Below are positions 1 through 8,792 of a stretch of 64,000 nucleotides of DNA, piece by piece. The DNA is from an uncultured virus (IMG/VR IMGVR_UViG_3300025392_000003). Taxonomy: Duplodnaviria; Heunggongvirae; Uroviricota; Caudoviricetes. The notes beneath the pieces were generated by a model. It saw only the letters and a program-made list of their open reading frames with translations. It ran no database searches and was not told where the DNA came from. The stretch's first letter is position 1. Every line of letters starts with the position of its first letter. The stretch is taken from IMG/VR virus record IMGVR_UViG_3300025392_000003; one strand, written 5' to 3'. A program made the translations under genes and the position numbers.

Positions 1-570
1 GCCCAAATCGGTAGATGGGGGGCCTATCTGTGTCTCTGGCTCTGTAGGGCTTTCTAGAGGCTCTAGCGAGGCTTCTACGGCCTCTACATCAATGACCGTA
101 TTCGCAATCAAGGCTTCTAACTTGCGATTGACCGACTCCACATCAATCTGTATCGCCCCGCCCTCGGCCCCTGTGATTTCTGTCCTACGCACCAATCCCC
201 AATCTTGAGGGTTTGCTCGTTCTAGATACCACGCCGCCGCTTGCCAAGACGAATCGCCCGCTTGTCTAATCTTCTCTACTGCCCTTACCTCTGCTACTGC
301 CCTTGCTTTTTCTACTGCCAAAGAAAACTCTACGAATAGTTGTTCGGTAGTGTCCAACTCCCTAGATAACATCTGTAGTTCTTTGCCTTTGCGCACCCAT
401 TGGCTAAGGGTCGCTGGGTTAATCCCTACGGCCTTAGCCGAGGCGGTATAGGTATTGCCCCTCTCCAATAAATCCGTTATGGCTTTCATCTTGTCTTCGT
501 TTAGTAAGACTGGTCGCCCGGTCTTCTTCGCCATAGGGGTTGGCTCTGGGAAGTCGTATTGCTCGGTCAT
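1..570 (-). CDS. Probable terminase small subunit / HTH DNA-packaging protein (3' end runs off window; not in ORF track)
   Basis: Manual translation from ATG at 570 (ATGA overlap with stop of 567..791): MTEQYDFPEPTPMAKKTGRPVLLNEDKMKAITDLLERGNTYTASAKAVGINPATLSQWVRKG...WQAAAWYLERANPQDWG...EITGAEGGAIQ. GRP + HTH + WQAAAWxLER + EITGxxGG pattern is typical of phage TerS-like proteins; frame open to position 1. Confidence 0.65.
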   Translation of the reverse strand, partial: MTEQYDFPEPTPMAKKTGRPVLLNEDKMKAITDLLERGNTYTASAKAVGINPATLSQWVRKGKELQMLSRELDTTEQLFVEFSLAVEKARAVAEVRAVEKIRQAGDSSWQAAAWYLERANPQDWGLVRRTEITGAEGGAIQIDVESVNRKLEALIANTVIDVEAVEASLEPLESPTEPETQIGPPSTDLG

Positions 571-791
571 AAGGCTTCTATAGCCTCTTGGCATACAGGG
601 GAGTTGCAGCGTAGTGGTCGCCCATAGATTCTTTCGTTCGCCTTTAGTAGTTCTCTGTCTACAGGGAGAAACTCATCTTCGGGGTTTCGCTCTAGGGGAT
701 TAGTGAGGTCGAAGCGCTCTACGCACTTTAGGCATAGGAGTACTCCGTTGTTGGTATAGGCGATTGGTTGTTCTTGGGTCTTTGTATCCAT
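567..791 (-). CDS. Small Cys-containing (zinc-finger-like) hypothetical protein
   Basis: CLKC ... CNSPVC; translationally coupled to downstream gene. Confidence 0.55.
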   Translation of the reverse strand: MDTKTQEQPIAYTNNGVLLCLKCVERFDLTNPLERNPEDEFLPVDRELLKANERIYGRPLRCNSPVCQEAIEAL

Positions 792-804
792 AGGTATAAG
801 GATA

Positions 805-1305
805 CTAGCGTTTAGTTAGGTCTTCCTCTATGGGTGAGAGGGTATCTGCCTCATAGGAAGATTTGTTTGCTTTGGTGGCTAGGGAGAGATAGTTCTCTAG
901 GGATTTTTGTATTGCGGCCTTTGGTTGATTAGTGTCTATTGCCCTTATGACTTGTTGAGCCCCTAGTAGTGCTTCTTGGTGGCGTTGAGCGGCGATTTTG
1001 TGAGGGGCGTCGAATATGACTTGATTGGCGATTTGGTTATGGGCCGAGATGATTCCCCTATGAACGCCGATAGCCGTTGCTTTGGGGGTTTGGGGATTGT
1101 CGAGGAATTGCTTTATGCCCTCTTCCCCGATTTCGTTCTTCTTGTATCTATCTAGAACTCGGCTAATTGCCGATACGAGGTATTGGGCTGGTTGGGAAGT
1201 GTGTTCTCCCCCCTCTGTGTATTGGTTGCCCCGAAACTCGTGTCCTTGAGTATCGCCTTTGATTACTCGTAGCCATAGGGCTATTGCTTGCTCTATGGTT
1301 TCCAT
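805..1305 (-). CDS. KGD-GHxFxGNQ motif protein with helical His/Ala-rich cargo
   Basis: VIKGDTQGHEFRGNQY at aa 14-29 (K to Y = nt 1219-1260). Confidence 0.7.
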   Translation of the reverse strand: METIEQAIALWLRVIKGDTQGHEFRGNQYTEGGEHTSQPAQYLVSAISRVLDRYKKNEIGEEGIKQFLDNPQTPKATAIGVHRGIISAHNQIANQVIFDAPHKIAAQRHQEALLGAQQVIRAIDTNQPKAAIQKSLENYLSLATKANKSSYEADTLSPIEEDLTKR

Positions 1306-1312
1306 AGTTGGG

Positions 1313-1537
1313 CTAGTCCTTTAGGAAGTTAGATACTTCGTCTTTGAGTGTTTGTGGCGCGGCGTTCCAAACTGGTAGGTGAGTAAAGTTCTCTACGGCG
1401 TCGAGTTGCTGGGTGGTTGTGCCGTTTGATACCCCTAGTGACCAGAGTAGGTCTGGCAAGGTGGTTATGAGTTTGCCTACTCGGTATAAATCCCACGAGT
1501 TGTATTTGAGCCAGTCTTCGTTATCTATCTGTGTCAT
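1313..1537 (-). CDS. Hypothetical protein (74 aa, MTQIDNEDW...)
   Basis: TAATG stop/start overlap with 1110-aa ORF at 1537; GAGGAAAAGGA RBS-like sequence upstream. Confidence 0.6.
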   Translation of the reverse strand: MTQIDNEDWLKYNSWDLYRVGKLITTLPDLLWSLGVSNGTTTQQLDAVENFTHLPVWNAAPQTLKDEVSNFLKD

Positions 1538-4500
1538 TAGGATTCCTTTTCCTCGTCTTCTTCGCCTGTGGTCCATTGGTTTCCGTAAAATTGATGCCCC
1601 TCGACATCTCCCTTGCTTACTTGCGTTTTGCTTTCTACGGTCGCTTCTAGCGGCCCGCCTAATACGACCATTTCATCTTCACCTAAGCACCCTATACCCG
1701 TTAGGGCGAACGAGAGTATCCGTGATACTGGCACGATTGAGGTAGTCACGAAGCCCTTATCGGTCTTATCAGCACTATTGGCGAAGTAATCGGCGCGCTC
1801 TTTGGTATAGGAGAATGACGATAGTGGGCGTAGTGGCACTTCGGCCTTAGTTGCTTGTTCTGTCCACTTTGGTTCTTTGCCTTGCCCGAATACATAGCCA
1901 CGATAGAGAGTTAGTTCTTTGATTCCCTTATCAGCAAAATACTTCTGTGTTGCGTTGTATTGGGCTCGGAGAAAGGCTTTGTATAGGTCGGTTTCTGGCT
2001 TATCCATAGGGAAAGCATTTGAGTTTGGATTTTGGGCGGCATTTTTGATGCCAAACTCCTTTTCAGCAATCTCTTGTAGATTCCCCGCCTTGTTGTTGGT
2101 GGAAGATGTGGCCCAAGTTCGGATTAGGCGAGAAACGCCCTGTTCTCGTAAGGTGTTGATAATTCGGGGGTCGTTGCCGGGGATACGCTCTGTCTTATTA
2201 AACTCTCGTAGTTTGGCTTGGGAGAGATTGCGTATCTGCTCATTAGCCGAGTCATTGATGTTTTGGTTTTGCTCTTTAGTGCCGCTATTGGATTCGATAA
2301 CTTTGGGGTCGCCCCACTTGTCAACAATCCATACATCGCCTTTGCCGAGTGGTGTGTAGGCGTTGGCTTTTACGCCCCAACCGAAAGTAGCGAATTGTCT
2401 GGTTAGGGCTTGGTCGGCTTTGGGGTTCGCCTCTAGGAACGGAGTTAGTTCTTTGGTGATTTGCTGGGTCACATAGGTCTTGGCTTTGGCGGCGTAGGGC
2501 GAGTAGATAGAAGTTTGGTATTTGGTCGGCACACCGCTATTTGCTTCCGCCATAGGGGTAATGCCGCTAAGTAGTTTTTCGCAGTCTTTGGCTATTTCAG
2601 CACCGAGTTCGCCACCTGTCCATTGGTTTCCCCTAAACGGATGCCCCTCTGATTCGCCCTTTAGAACTCGTGCCTTTGGATTTTCTAGGGCCGCAATTTG
2701 GCGGGCCTGTTCTTCGTTCCACTTCGACCACTTGTTGTCGGGTTCTAGTGACCGACCTAATAGTTGGTGATACGGCTTTGAGTCAGGTATGTATTTAGAT
2801 TGAACTGGCAATCCTCTATCGTTTGCGATTTGTGCAATTTGCTCTTCTATAGCCGTTGCTGCGCCCGGCACTTTCCCTGTTGAGCCCAAATAGCCGACAT
2901 CAACATAGTTTCCGTATTTTTCCGTTTCCTTTACGCTGACGCTCACTACTGCCGCTAGGTTCTTATCCTTGTCTCTAGCAACAAGTAGATAACACTCCTT
3001 GATGTCTGGGTCTTCGTCATAGATTTTCCCCTTTACATCTTTAACTGCCGCACCCATTAGGTCTATACCTAACTGTTGGCGTTTCGGCATACTCTCGTAT
3101 TCTTTTTTCTTTAGTTTGGTGATTTCGTCATTGACTTTTTGGATAGCGGAAGTTCTATAGCCCGATAGAGCCGTTATTCTTCCGCCCGCATCGTAGAACT
3201 CTTTGATGTTCCTTTGGATAAACGAGATTGGTGAATCGCCCTCTCCTGTTTCCCATTGATTACCTCGAAAAGGGTGTCCTGCCGATTCGCCCTTGATTAC
3301 ATCACTTGGCTCGGCAGGTATTGGCTTTGACTCTAGGCCGCTTGGCGATACCTTGTCGTAGGTGTCGCTCATAACTAACTTGCCTCGGTTGAGAATCATC
3401 ACATAGGAGTTGCCGTTCTCTTCTACTTTGGCTGTTAGGGCATCTACGCCCATCATCGCTAGACGTATGTTTTCATCGCCAGCCACAATCGTTTGTGCTG
3501 CTGTCTCGGCTATGTCCTTGAGTTGTGGCTTGCCCGCCGAAAGCATTTCAGCAACGGCGTCTATGTTCTTGAGGATGTCGGCGCTTTTACTCTCTGCGTT
3601 GTTGAGGGCTTTTACGGCCTTGTTGTAATCAAGGACTTTGGAATCTGCTTGGAGTTTGAGTTTCATAACGCCCCCATCAACTTCTCCATTGTGGGCTGAT
3701 GAAGCGTAGTATTGGGCGTTCTCGGCGTTGGTGGTCGAATACCAAGCGCGACCAAAAGCACCCGCCCCGATTTTGACCCCCTTGCCATAGGCGAAGTCGG
3801 CAATCTTGTCTTCGGCTGGTGAACGGTGCGTAGAGATTCCGGTAAAGAGTGGTGGGAGTTTGCTTCGGTATTTGTCGAACTCACTCTGGGATAGAACCTT
3901 TGGTGGTTCGTTGTTCCCAATACGGTCAAAGACCAGATTGGCTAGTTTGAGGTGTCCTCGACCAGATTCAGTCACTCCTGCGTAATCCGCTAGGGTTTTG
4001 GAATTGGCAGCGACTCGTACGAGGTTTTCAGCAAACTTTGGATAATCGCCGTAGCCGAGTTCCTTAGCGATTTCTTTAGCCTTTGCTTCCAACTTCTCGT
4101 ATGAACGACCGTCTGGTGTCGTTCCGCCCATACCGAGGGTGTATTGATTGCCGTGAAATGGGTGGCCCTCGATATCGCCCTTGCTAACGGTGGAAGATTT
4201 TGCCTGTTGGAGAATAAATGCCGCCAATGCCTCTGGCGCTCCCGGTGGTGAGAAAATCATTGGGCGTTTCTCATCCATCATCGCTGGGGTTGCTTCTACG
4301 AGGTGATTATCGTATAGCCCATTGTCTAAAGGCTTTGGCTCTTGCCCCGTAAAGTAATCGGTTAGGTTTGCTGCTTGTGCCTCGTTGATTACGCCACGCC
4401 CATCAAGGAACTTGCCATCACCGATAGATAGAACAAAGTGGTCCACTATCGGGTGGTAGCCACTCTCAACCGCTGCGTTGATGTGGCGAACGCTCGTAGT

Positions 4501-4869
4501 TATTGAGGCCTTGATTTCACCATTAGGGAATAGTTGCTTTAGTGCCTCGGCGGTAGCCAAGCATCCGCCCGTAAGGGCGTTGTTAGGGTAGAAGTCGGAA
4601 ACCTCTTGCGTTCCATAGTTCAGCATCTTTGATGCTGTTCCGATAACTTCGTTTAGTTTTTTCGTGTATTCCTGTGAATCTAGGATTTCGCCAATCTTGT
4701 TTGGGTCAACCCTTGCCCCCTCTAGCGAGCCCTCTTTTCCAAACGAGAACGATGGGTGAACCTGTGCGTGTCCGTTTCCGTCTTGGTATTGGTTGCCGTG
4801 GAATGGATGTCCGTCAACATCGCCTTTGATGATTTCAGCAAACGTCGGGTGGATGGGCAGGACTTCCAT
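1537..4869 (-). CDS. 1110-aa polyvalent protein: papain/transglutaminase-like + degenerate ART-like + GNAT-like + R-S-E ADP-ribosyltransferase modules, separated by five KG[DE]-GHxFxGNQ motifs
   Basis: Module 1 GGC...DHFV...FLDGRG (C-H-D); module 2 LFTG...GAGAFGRAWYSTT..AQYYA...GVDAL...VMILNR; module 3 VDVGYLGSTGKVPGAATAI...SKPYHQLLG; module 4 LYRG...LSSFS...GEDEMVV. Confidence 0.75.
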   Translation of the reverse strand: MEVLPIHPTFAEIIKGDVDGHPFHGNQYQDGNGHAQVHPSFSFGKEGSLEGARVDPNKIGEILDSQEYTKKLNEVIGTASKMLNYGTQEVSDFYPNNALTGGCLATAEALKQLFPNGEIKASITTSVRHINAAVESGYHPIVDHFVLSIGDGKFLDGRGVINEAQAANLTDYFTGQEPKPLDNGLYDNHLVEATPAMMDEKRPMIFSPPGAPEALAAFILQQAKSSTVSKGDIEGHPFHGNQYTLGMGGTTPDGRSYEKLEAKAKEIAKELGYGDYPKFAENLVRVAANSKTLADYAGVTESGRGHLKLANLVFDRIGNNEPPKVLSQSEFDKYRSKLPPLFTGISTHRSPAEDKIADFAYGKGVKIGAGAFGRAWYSTTNAENAQYYASSAHNGEVDGGVMKLKLQADSKVLDYNKAVKALNNAESKSADILKNIDAVAEMLSAGKPQLKDIAETAAQTIVAGDENIRLAMMGVDALTAKVEENGNSYVMILNRGKLVMSDTYDKVSPSGLESKPIPAEPSDVIKGESAGHPFRGNQWETGEGDSPISFIQRNIKEFYDAGGRITALSGYRTSAIQKVNDEITKLKKKEYESMPKRQQLGIDLMGAAVKDVKGKIYDEDPDIKECYLLVARDKDKNLAAVVSVSVKETEKYGNYVDVGYLGSTGKVPGAATAIEEQIAQIANDRGLPVQSKYIPDSKPYHQLLGRSLEPDNKWSKWNEEQARQIAALENPKARVLKGESEGHPFRGNQWTGGELGAEIAKDCEKLLSGITPMAEANSGVPTKYQTSIYSPYAAKAKTYVTQQITKELTPFLEANPKADQALTRQFATFGWGVKANAYTPLGKGDVWIVDKWGDPKVIESNSGTKEQNQNINDSANEQIRNLSQAKLREFNKTERIPGNDPRIINTLREQGVSRLIRTWATSSTNNKAGNLQEIAEKEFGIKNAAQNPNSNAFPMDKPETDLYKAFLRAQYNATQKYFADKGIKELTLYRGYVFGQGKEPKWTEQATKAEVPLRPLSSFSYTKERADYFANSADKTDKGFVTTSIVPVSRILSFALTGIGCLGEDEMVVLGGPLEATVESKTQVSKGDVEGHQFYGNQWTTGEEDEEKES

Positions 4870-4891
4870 AGTCCGTATTCTAGGTCAGGGG

Positions 4892-5167
4892 TTATGAAAT
4901 CCCTGTTAGGTAATCAACAAAACCGTAGAGCCAGCCGAGTATGTCTAGATACAAAGGCGCGCTATCAAAGTTGTCTTCGGGAAATTGCGCCGAGTAGGTG
5001 TTGAGCCAAGTTCTGACTTTGATGTAGACATCGGCCATATCGCTAGACACTTCGTTGTATTTCAGCACCAATACACATTTCGCCCACCACTCAAGGTCGG
5101 TCTTGCTAACCCAAACAGGGTCTATCTCGTATTCGCAAAGCATTGGTAGGTCGGGCAGTAGTGCCAT
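4892..5167 (-). CDS. Hypothetical protein (start uncertain)
   Basis: ORF 4892..5257 in track; its upstream part overlaps a hairpin, so ATG at 5167 is preferred. Confidence 0.4.
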   Translation of the reverse strand: MALLPDLPMLCEYEIDPVWVSKTDLEWWAKCVLVLKYNEVSSDMADVYIKVRTWLNTYSAQFPEDNFDSAPLYLDILGWLYGFVDYLTGIS

Positions 5168-5192
5168 AACGAGAGTCTTCCACAGAAAGCAG

Positions 5193-5230
5193 AAATCCCA
5201 CCGGCCAACAAGAAAAAACCGGTGGGATTT
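5193..5230. other. Perfect 12-bp inverted repeat (hairpin / possible terminator)
   Basis: AAATCCCACCGG (5193-5204) ... CCGGTGGGATTT (5219-5230). Confidence 0.6.
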
Positions 5231-5410
5231 ACGGCGGGTGGGAATGGAGTAAACCACCTACCTGCTGCCAGCGCGCCACCCCAGAGTAAGGACAGGGGCA
5301 TAAGGGTCTGCTTGGTTAATAACAACTACTCGTCAACTCGGCCTAAGACCTAATGCACGAGCGATTGTCGGTATCTATTATACCGAGTCAGTTAAGGGGG
5401 TGGGCGATTT

Positions 5411-6199
5411 TTACGAGAGGTAAGTCATCAAGTCGGAACTTGCCAAATTAGCCTTGTTTGAGGCCGCAATCGCAGATTGAGACTTGGTGGCATCGCCCTT
5501 AGCAACTCCGTGAGCGATAGCCGCTTCGGTGTGGGCGTTCGCCGCTTTGTTCGCTAGGTCACGACCATAGGTGTCGCCCATAGAGCCACGCTCAATAGCA
5601 ATCTTCACTGCTTCGGTTGCGGTGTCGGTGTGTTCCTTAGCCATCTTGTCGTGGTCAACTGGTGGATAAGCGTTGCCAGAAAAATTGTGTGGTGGTGGTG
5701 GTGGTGGTGGTGAGCCAGCGCCGCCGGCGTTTGGGCCTTGTTCTTGGGCTTCTTTTAGAGCGTAAGGAACCATAATCTTCGTGGCGCGGTCAATCGCATC
5801 TATTCGAGCGTGAAGGCGTGGGCTATAAATATCAGTTTGCATATCTGACAAAGCCCTTTGGCTCAAATCATCTCGTTTTGCCTTTAGGTCCTCTAGGTGC
5901 TCCGATAGCGGCTTGGGGTCTTCGGTAATCTTCTTAGCAACATCACGCAGCACTTCAGCAGTGGCCTCGTGTGAAGACTTGCCGTAATAGGTGCCTGTGT
6001 GTCCACGAGTGTCTGTAAAAGATGGGTTTTGGAATCTCGCTTTGCCCTCGTGGAAAGCGGCTTGCTTGTTGAGTTCGTTTACCGCACCAGAGCGATATTG
6101 GTTTCCGTGAAAAGCGTGTCCAGCAACATCGCCTTTCAGGATTTCGCTAGCCTTAGTCCAGTTTGGAACCAGTGCGTCGGTGGAGAAGGGGTTGGTCAT
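5411..6199 (-). CDS. Leader + KGD-GHxFxGNQ motif protein with helical His/Ala cargo and poly-Pro linker
   Basis: MTNPFSTDALV...EILKGDVAGHAFHGNQY (motif 6095-6136); PPPPPPP; AANAHTEAAIAH. Confidence 0.75.
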   Translation of the reverse strand: MTNPFSTDALVPNWTKASEILKGDVAGHAFHGNQYRSGAVNELNKQAAFHEGKARFQNPSFTDTRGHTGTYYGKSSHEATAEVLRDVAKKITEDPKPLSEHLEDLKAKRDDLSQRALSDMQTDIYSPRLHARIDAIDRATKIMVPYALKEAQEQGPNAGGAGSPPPPPPPHNFSGNAYPPVDHDKMAKEHTDTATEAVKIAIERGSMGDTYGRDLANKAANAHTEAAIAHGVAKGDATKSQSAIAASNKANLASSDLMTYLS

Positions 6200-6678
6200 T
6201 ACTTGACCAGAGCCTTCAGTTCAGCCTTCAACGGCGCAGCGCCCTCGCCACGGAAAGTTCCCATATTGGAGAGCAAGTAGTTGACAACGCTCTTGGCACT
6301 GTCAAACATATAGTTGTCTTTGATGTCGTGGAGTTGCTTTAGTGCGTCTAGGTATGGTTTGGCGGTATAGTGAACGCCATTCTTGCTGTTCGTATTCCAA
6401 ACCTTTTCGATGTCACGAGCAATCTCGTTCAACGGACGATGCCCAGAGGGGGTGAGATTTCCACCACCGCCCTCTCCAGCCTCGTACTGGTTCCCGTGGA
6501 AATCGTGTCCTTTGACATCGCCTTTAGCGACGGCTTTTTTTCCACCACACTTAGGGCAAGTGACGTGACCGCCACGGATTTTGCCCGTCCCCTTACAAAG
6601 GGGGCATTTATCGCCCTTTACAACAGAGTAAATACCCTGTCCTTTGAGTAGTGCGTCAGAAGAGAACGAGTTTGACAT
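6199..6678 (-). CDS. Leader + DnaJ-type Zn finger + KGD-GHxFxGNQ motif + phage-type helical domain
   Basis: Start reassigned to ATG 6678 (AAAGGAA RBS); MSNSFSSDALLKGQGIYSVVKGD-KCPLCKGTG...CPKCGG; motif 6484-6525; RPLNEIARDI...AKPYLDAL...FRGEGA..LKAELKAL. Confidence 0.75.
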   Translation of the reverse strand: MSNSFSSDALLKGQGIYSVVKGDKCPLCKGTGKIRGGHVTCPKCGGKKAVAKGDVKGHDFHGNQYEAGEGGGGNLTPSGHRPLNEIARDIEKVWNTNSKNGVHYTAKPYLDALKQLHDIKDNYMFDSAKSVVNYLLSNMGTFRGEGAAPLKAELKALVK

Positions 6679-6688
6679 TTTGGTTCCT

Positions 6689-6997
6689 TTAGATTTCAGC
6701 AATCGCTAGAGTTGCGCCAGCGGTCGAACTAATTGCACAAACTGCCCCGGTGTAAGTCGTAAACTGAATCTGTGCGTTTGGTTGTAGCGGAATACCCTTA
6801 CCGACTGATGCGCCACTTGCGGCGAGGTAGAGGTAGATAACGGCAGAAGAGTGGGTGTTGGTAATCCACGCCTGAAAACGAGTGGTGTTGGCGGGGATAA
6901 CCGAATAGACCGTGTTAGCCGTAGTGAGGGTGAGGTTCGAGCCGGGGTTAAATGCGACTGACTGCTGATATGACTCAACGATTTGGGGGTGTGGCAC
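6689..6997 (-). CDS. Small beta-rich hypothetical protein (possibly virion-associated)
   Basis: GTG start with AGGAG RBS; R...ITN....IYL...GIPLQP pattern. Confidence 0.6.
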   Translation of the reverse strand: MPHPQIVESYQQSVAFNPGSNLTLTTANTVYSVIPANTTRFQAWITNTHSSAVIYLYLAASGASVGKGIPLQPNAQIQFTTYTGAVCAISSTAGATLAIAEI

Positions 6998-7040
6998 TTG
7001 GCTCTCCTAAAGGTCTAAGACGAAAAAATATTACCCCACG

Positions 7041-7085
7041 AAAAGAAAAAAGCCCCCACCGACCCGATTTGGGCCGATAGGGGCG
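7041..7085 (-). terminator. Rho-independent terminator
   Basis: Minus strand GCCCCTATCGGCCC-AAATC-GGGTCGGTGGGGGC followed by TTTTTTCTTTT. Confidence 0.75.
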
Positions 7086-7101
7086 TGATTCTTGTTGGTG
7101 A

Positions 7102-7296
7102 CTACTGGTTCGTCAACTTGGGGCGAACGGCAATCAGGTATGGAACTGCTGCGAAGATGCCAAACAAGAACATCAAAACGAGCCAACCGGCCTTTGATTT
7201 CTGAACGGCATTCCACTTGCTCTGGTGCTGTAGGCAAGCATCGATAAACGAGCCAATAGCAACTACGGCAACAAACAAAATAATCAATGTTGACAT
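7102..7296 (-). CDS. Small two-TM membrane protein, DUF2516/PLDc_N-like
   Basis: Two hydrophobic segments flanking DA...W.AVQKSKAGWLV; PYL...RPKL ending. Confidence 0.6.
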   Translation of the reverse strand: MSTLIILFVAVVAIGSFIDACLQHQSKWNAVQKSKAGWLVLMFLFGIFAAVPYLIAVRPKLTNQ

Positions 7297-7333
7297 TTTT
7301 GTTCCTTTCTTTCTTTTCTCTAATTGAGACTTA

Positions 7334-7774
7334 TTACCAACGGTTGTTGTCGAACTTCATACGGGCAGTGACCTTGCCCTCGGCAGCGGTCAAAGTGTGG
7401 ACAGCGTTGGTAAACGCCGTGACCGAGCCGTTTCCGTTGATTACGGCTTCACCGGTGTTGACCAAAGTTGAGAGAGCGATAGCAACATCACTCATATCAA
7501 AGTTGAGGGTCATATCGGGTGAATTAGCGTGGCTATTGAACGCACGGGCATCGCTGGCTAGAGCGTTAAAGTCGGCGTTGCCTTGAGCGATACTGGCATT
7601 GGTGTTGATGTCAATCGCCAACTGCTGATAGTCACGGTAGCACTTGGATACGACAGGCAAAGTCCTTTGCTTCCAAGCCGCATACTGACTTGCCTTGCTC
7701 GCACCCGCCGTAGCGATTGGCAAAGCAACTGAAATCGCAATCGCAGCAATCGCTGCTTTCTTGATGATGTTCAT
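7334..7774 (-). CDS. Secreted helical protein (paralog of 19334..19870)
   Basis: Signal peptide MNIIKKAAIAAIAISVALPIATAGA; AAGGAG RBS; TATAGT -10 upstream. Confidence 0.7.
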   Translation of the reverse strand: MNIIKKAAIAAIAISVALPIATAGASKASQYAAWKQRTLPVVSKCYRDYQQLAIDINTNASIAQGNADFNALASDARAFNSHANSPDMTLNFDMSDVAIALSTLVNTGEAVINGNGSVTAFTNAVHTLTAAEGKVTARMKFDNNRW

Positions 7775-7848
7775 TTTGTCTCCTTGTTAGGTTGGATACA
7801 ACTATAGCAAGGTTGAGTGGTGAAAGCCAGTTTTCTTGCTAGTTATTT

Positions 7849-8562
7849 CTAGTTGTTTCCGCGCCACTCGGTAAGGGCTTCTACATACTTTTTGTAGAGG
7901 TCTTCTGGTGTTCCGTCATTGTAAAGAACAATGTCTTGGTCGGAGTAGGCCGTTTCCGAAATATGGGTGTTTGTCGGCTCGTAGCCACTACGGAAGATAC
8001 GAACGATTACGCCGCCACGCTTTTTGATTGCTTCGGCTTCGTTTGGAAAACGGACATCGGGGATAACAACTTTTTCGTGCTTTACATTGTCGAAAGTCGC
8101 TCGAATCCAAACATCATCAGAGATGAATTGGCGAGCCCCGTCAGTTCCGAGTCGCTGTAGTAGTTGGCGGATTTCGGGGTATTCCACTTTCGCTCGTTCC
8201 CAGCCAATCGTATTTACAATCTGCTGAATCCTTACGGTGCGAGCCAAGCCTGAACCGTCACGCTCAATCGTCGGGTTCATCGCATACAAGATATTTCGCA
8301 TTGGGTCGGCTAGTGCTGTTCGGAAGAACCCCTCGCGCTCTACGAGTTGGTTAGCGAGAGTGTCTTTTCCTGATTGGGCGAAGCCACAGATTCCGACAAA
8401 GGTTTGGTTGGTCTTTGGTTCTGCCCAATCAGCACCCCAAGTTTTTATTTCGGGGGTCGTACAAAATCGCTGCTCGGCGTGTTGCCAAACAGGTTTGCTG
8501 GTTAGGTGTAGCGGTTGGCGACAGTTCGCACAAACGCCGTGTCCGTAGATAAGGCTAACCAC
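7849..8562 (-). CDS. Deoxynucleoside monophosphate kinase with N-terminal Cys/His extension
   Basis: GICGFAQSGKDT P-loop, ALADPMR, RQLLQRLGT, VVIPDVRFPNEAEAI, HISE; start GTG 8562 inferred. Confidence 0.85.
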   Translation of the reverse strand: MVSLIYGHGVCANCRQPLHLTSKPVWQHAEQRFCTTPEIKTWGADWAEPKTNQTFVGICGFAQSGKDTLANQLVEREGFFRTALADPMRNILYAMNPTIERDGSGLARTVRIQQIVNTIGWERAKVEYPEIRQLLQRLGTDGARQFISDDVWIRATFDNVKHEKVVIPDVRFPNEAEAIKKRGGVIVRIFRSGYEPTNTHISETAYSDQDIVLYNDGTPEDLYKKYVEALTEWRGNN

Positions 8563-8563
8563 G

Positions 8564-8767
8564 CTAACTCTTATCGCTAGCGGAATAACTAGCCGTGAGC
8601 AAACGGAGTAGCGCACCGGGGGCTAGTGAAGTGGTGAATCCCATAGTTGGGATTGAGTGATTCCAATGGTGTAGGTCGCCCACGAAAAGCATCATCACGA
8701 AGCCACCGCCGAGCGCGTAAAGACATAGGACAACGGCAAAGGCGATTAGGTAAGACAAAACTTTCAC
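8564..8767 (-). CDS. Small membrane protein
   Basis: Hydrophobic N-terminal half; AGGAG RBS. Confidence 0.55.
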   Translation of the reverse strand: MKVLSYLIAFAVVLCLYALGGGFVMMLFVGDLHHWNHSIPTMGFTTSLAPGALLRLLTASYSASDKS

Positions 8768-8792
8768 GGTATCTCCTAGTTCGGTAGGAACC

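Noticed and set aside
1313..1614. Frameshift fusing the cargo-less fifth tag to the 1313 ORF
   Set aside because: No X XXY YYZ heptamer in the correct frame; the purine run is better explained as the RBS for the TAATG-coupled start at 1537
5490..5510. VAKGD near the C-terminus of 5411..6199 (and VVKGD at ~6610-6624) as extra tag copies
   Set aside because: They lack GHxFxGNQ, so they were not counted among the 11 copies; they may be bare cleavage sites, but this cannot be shown here
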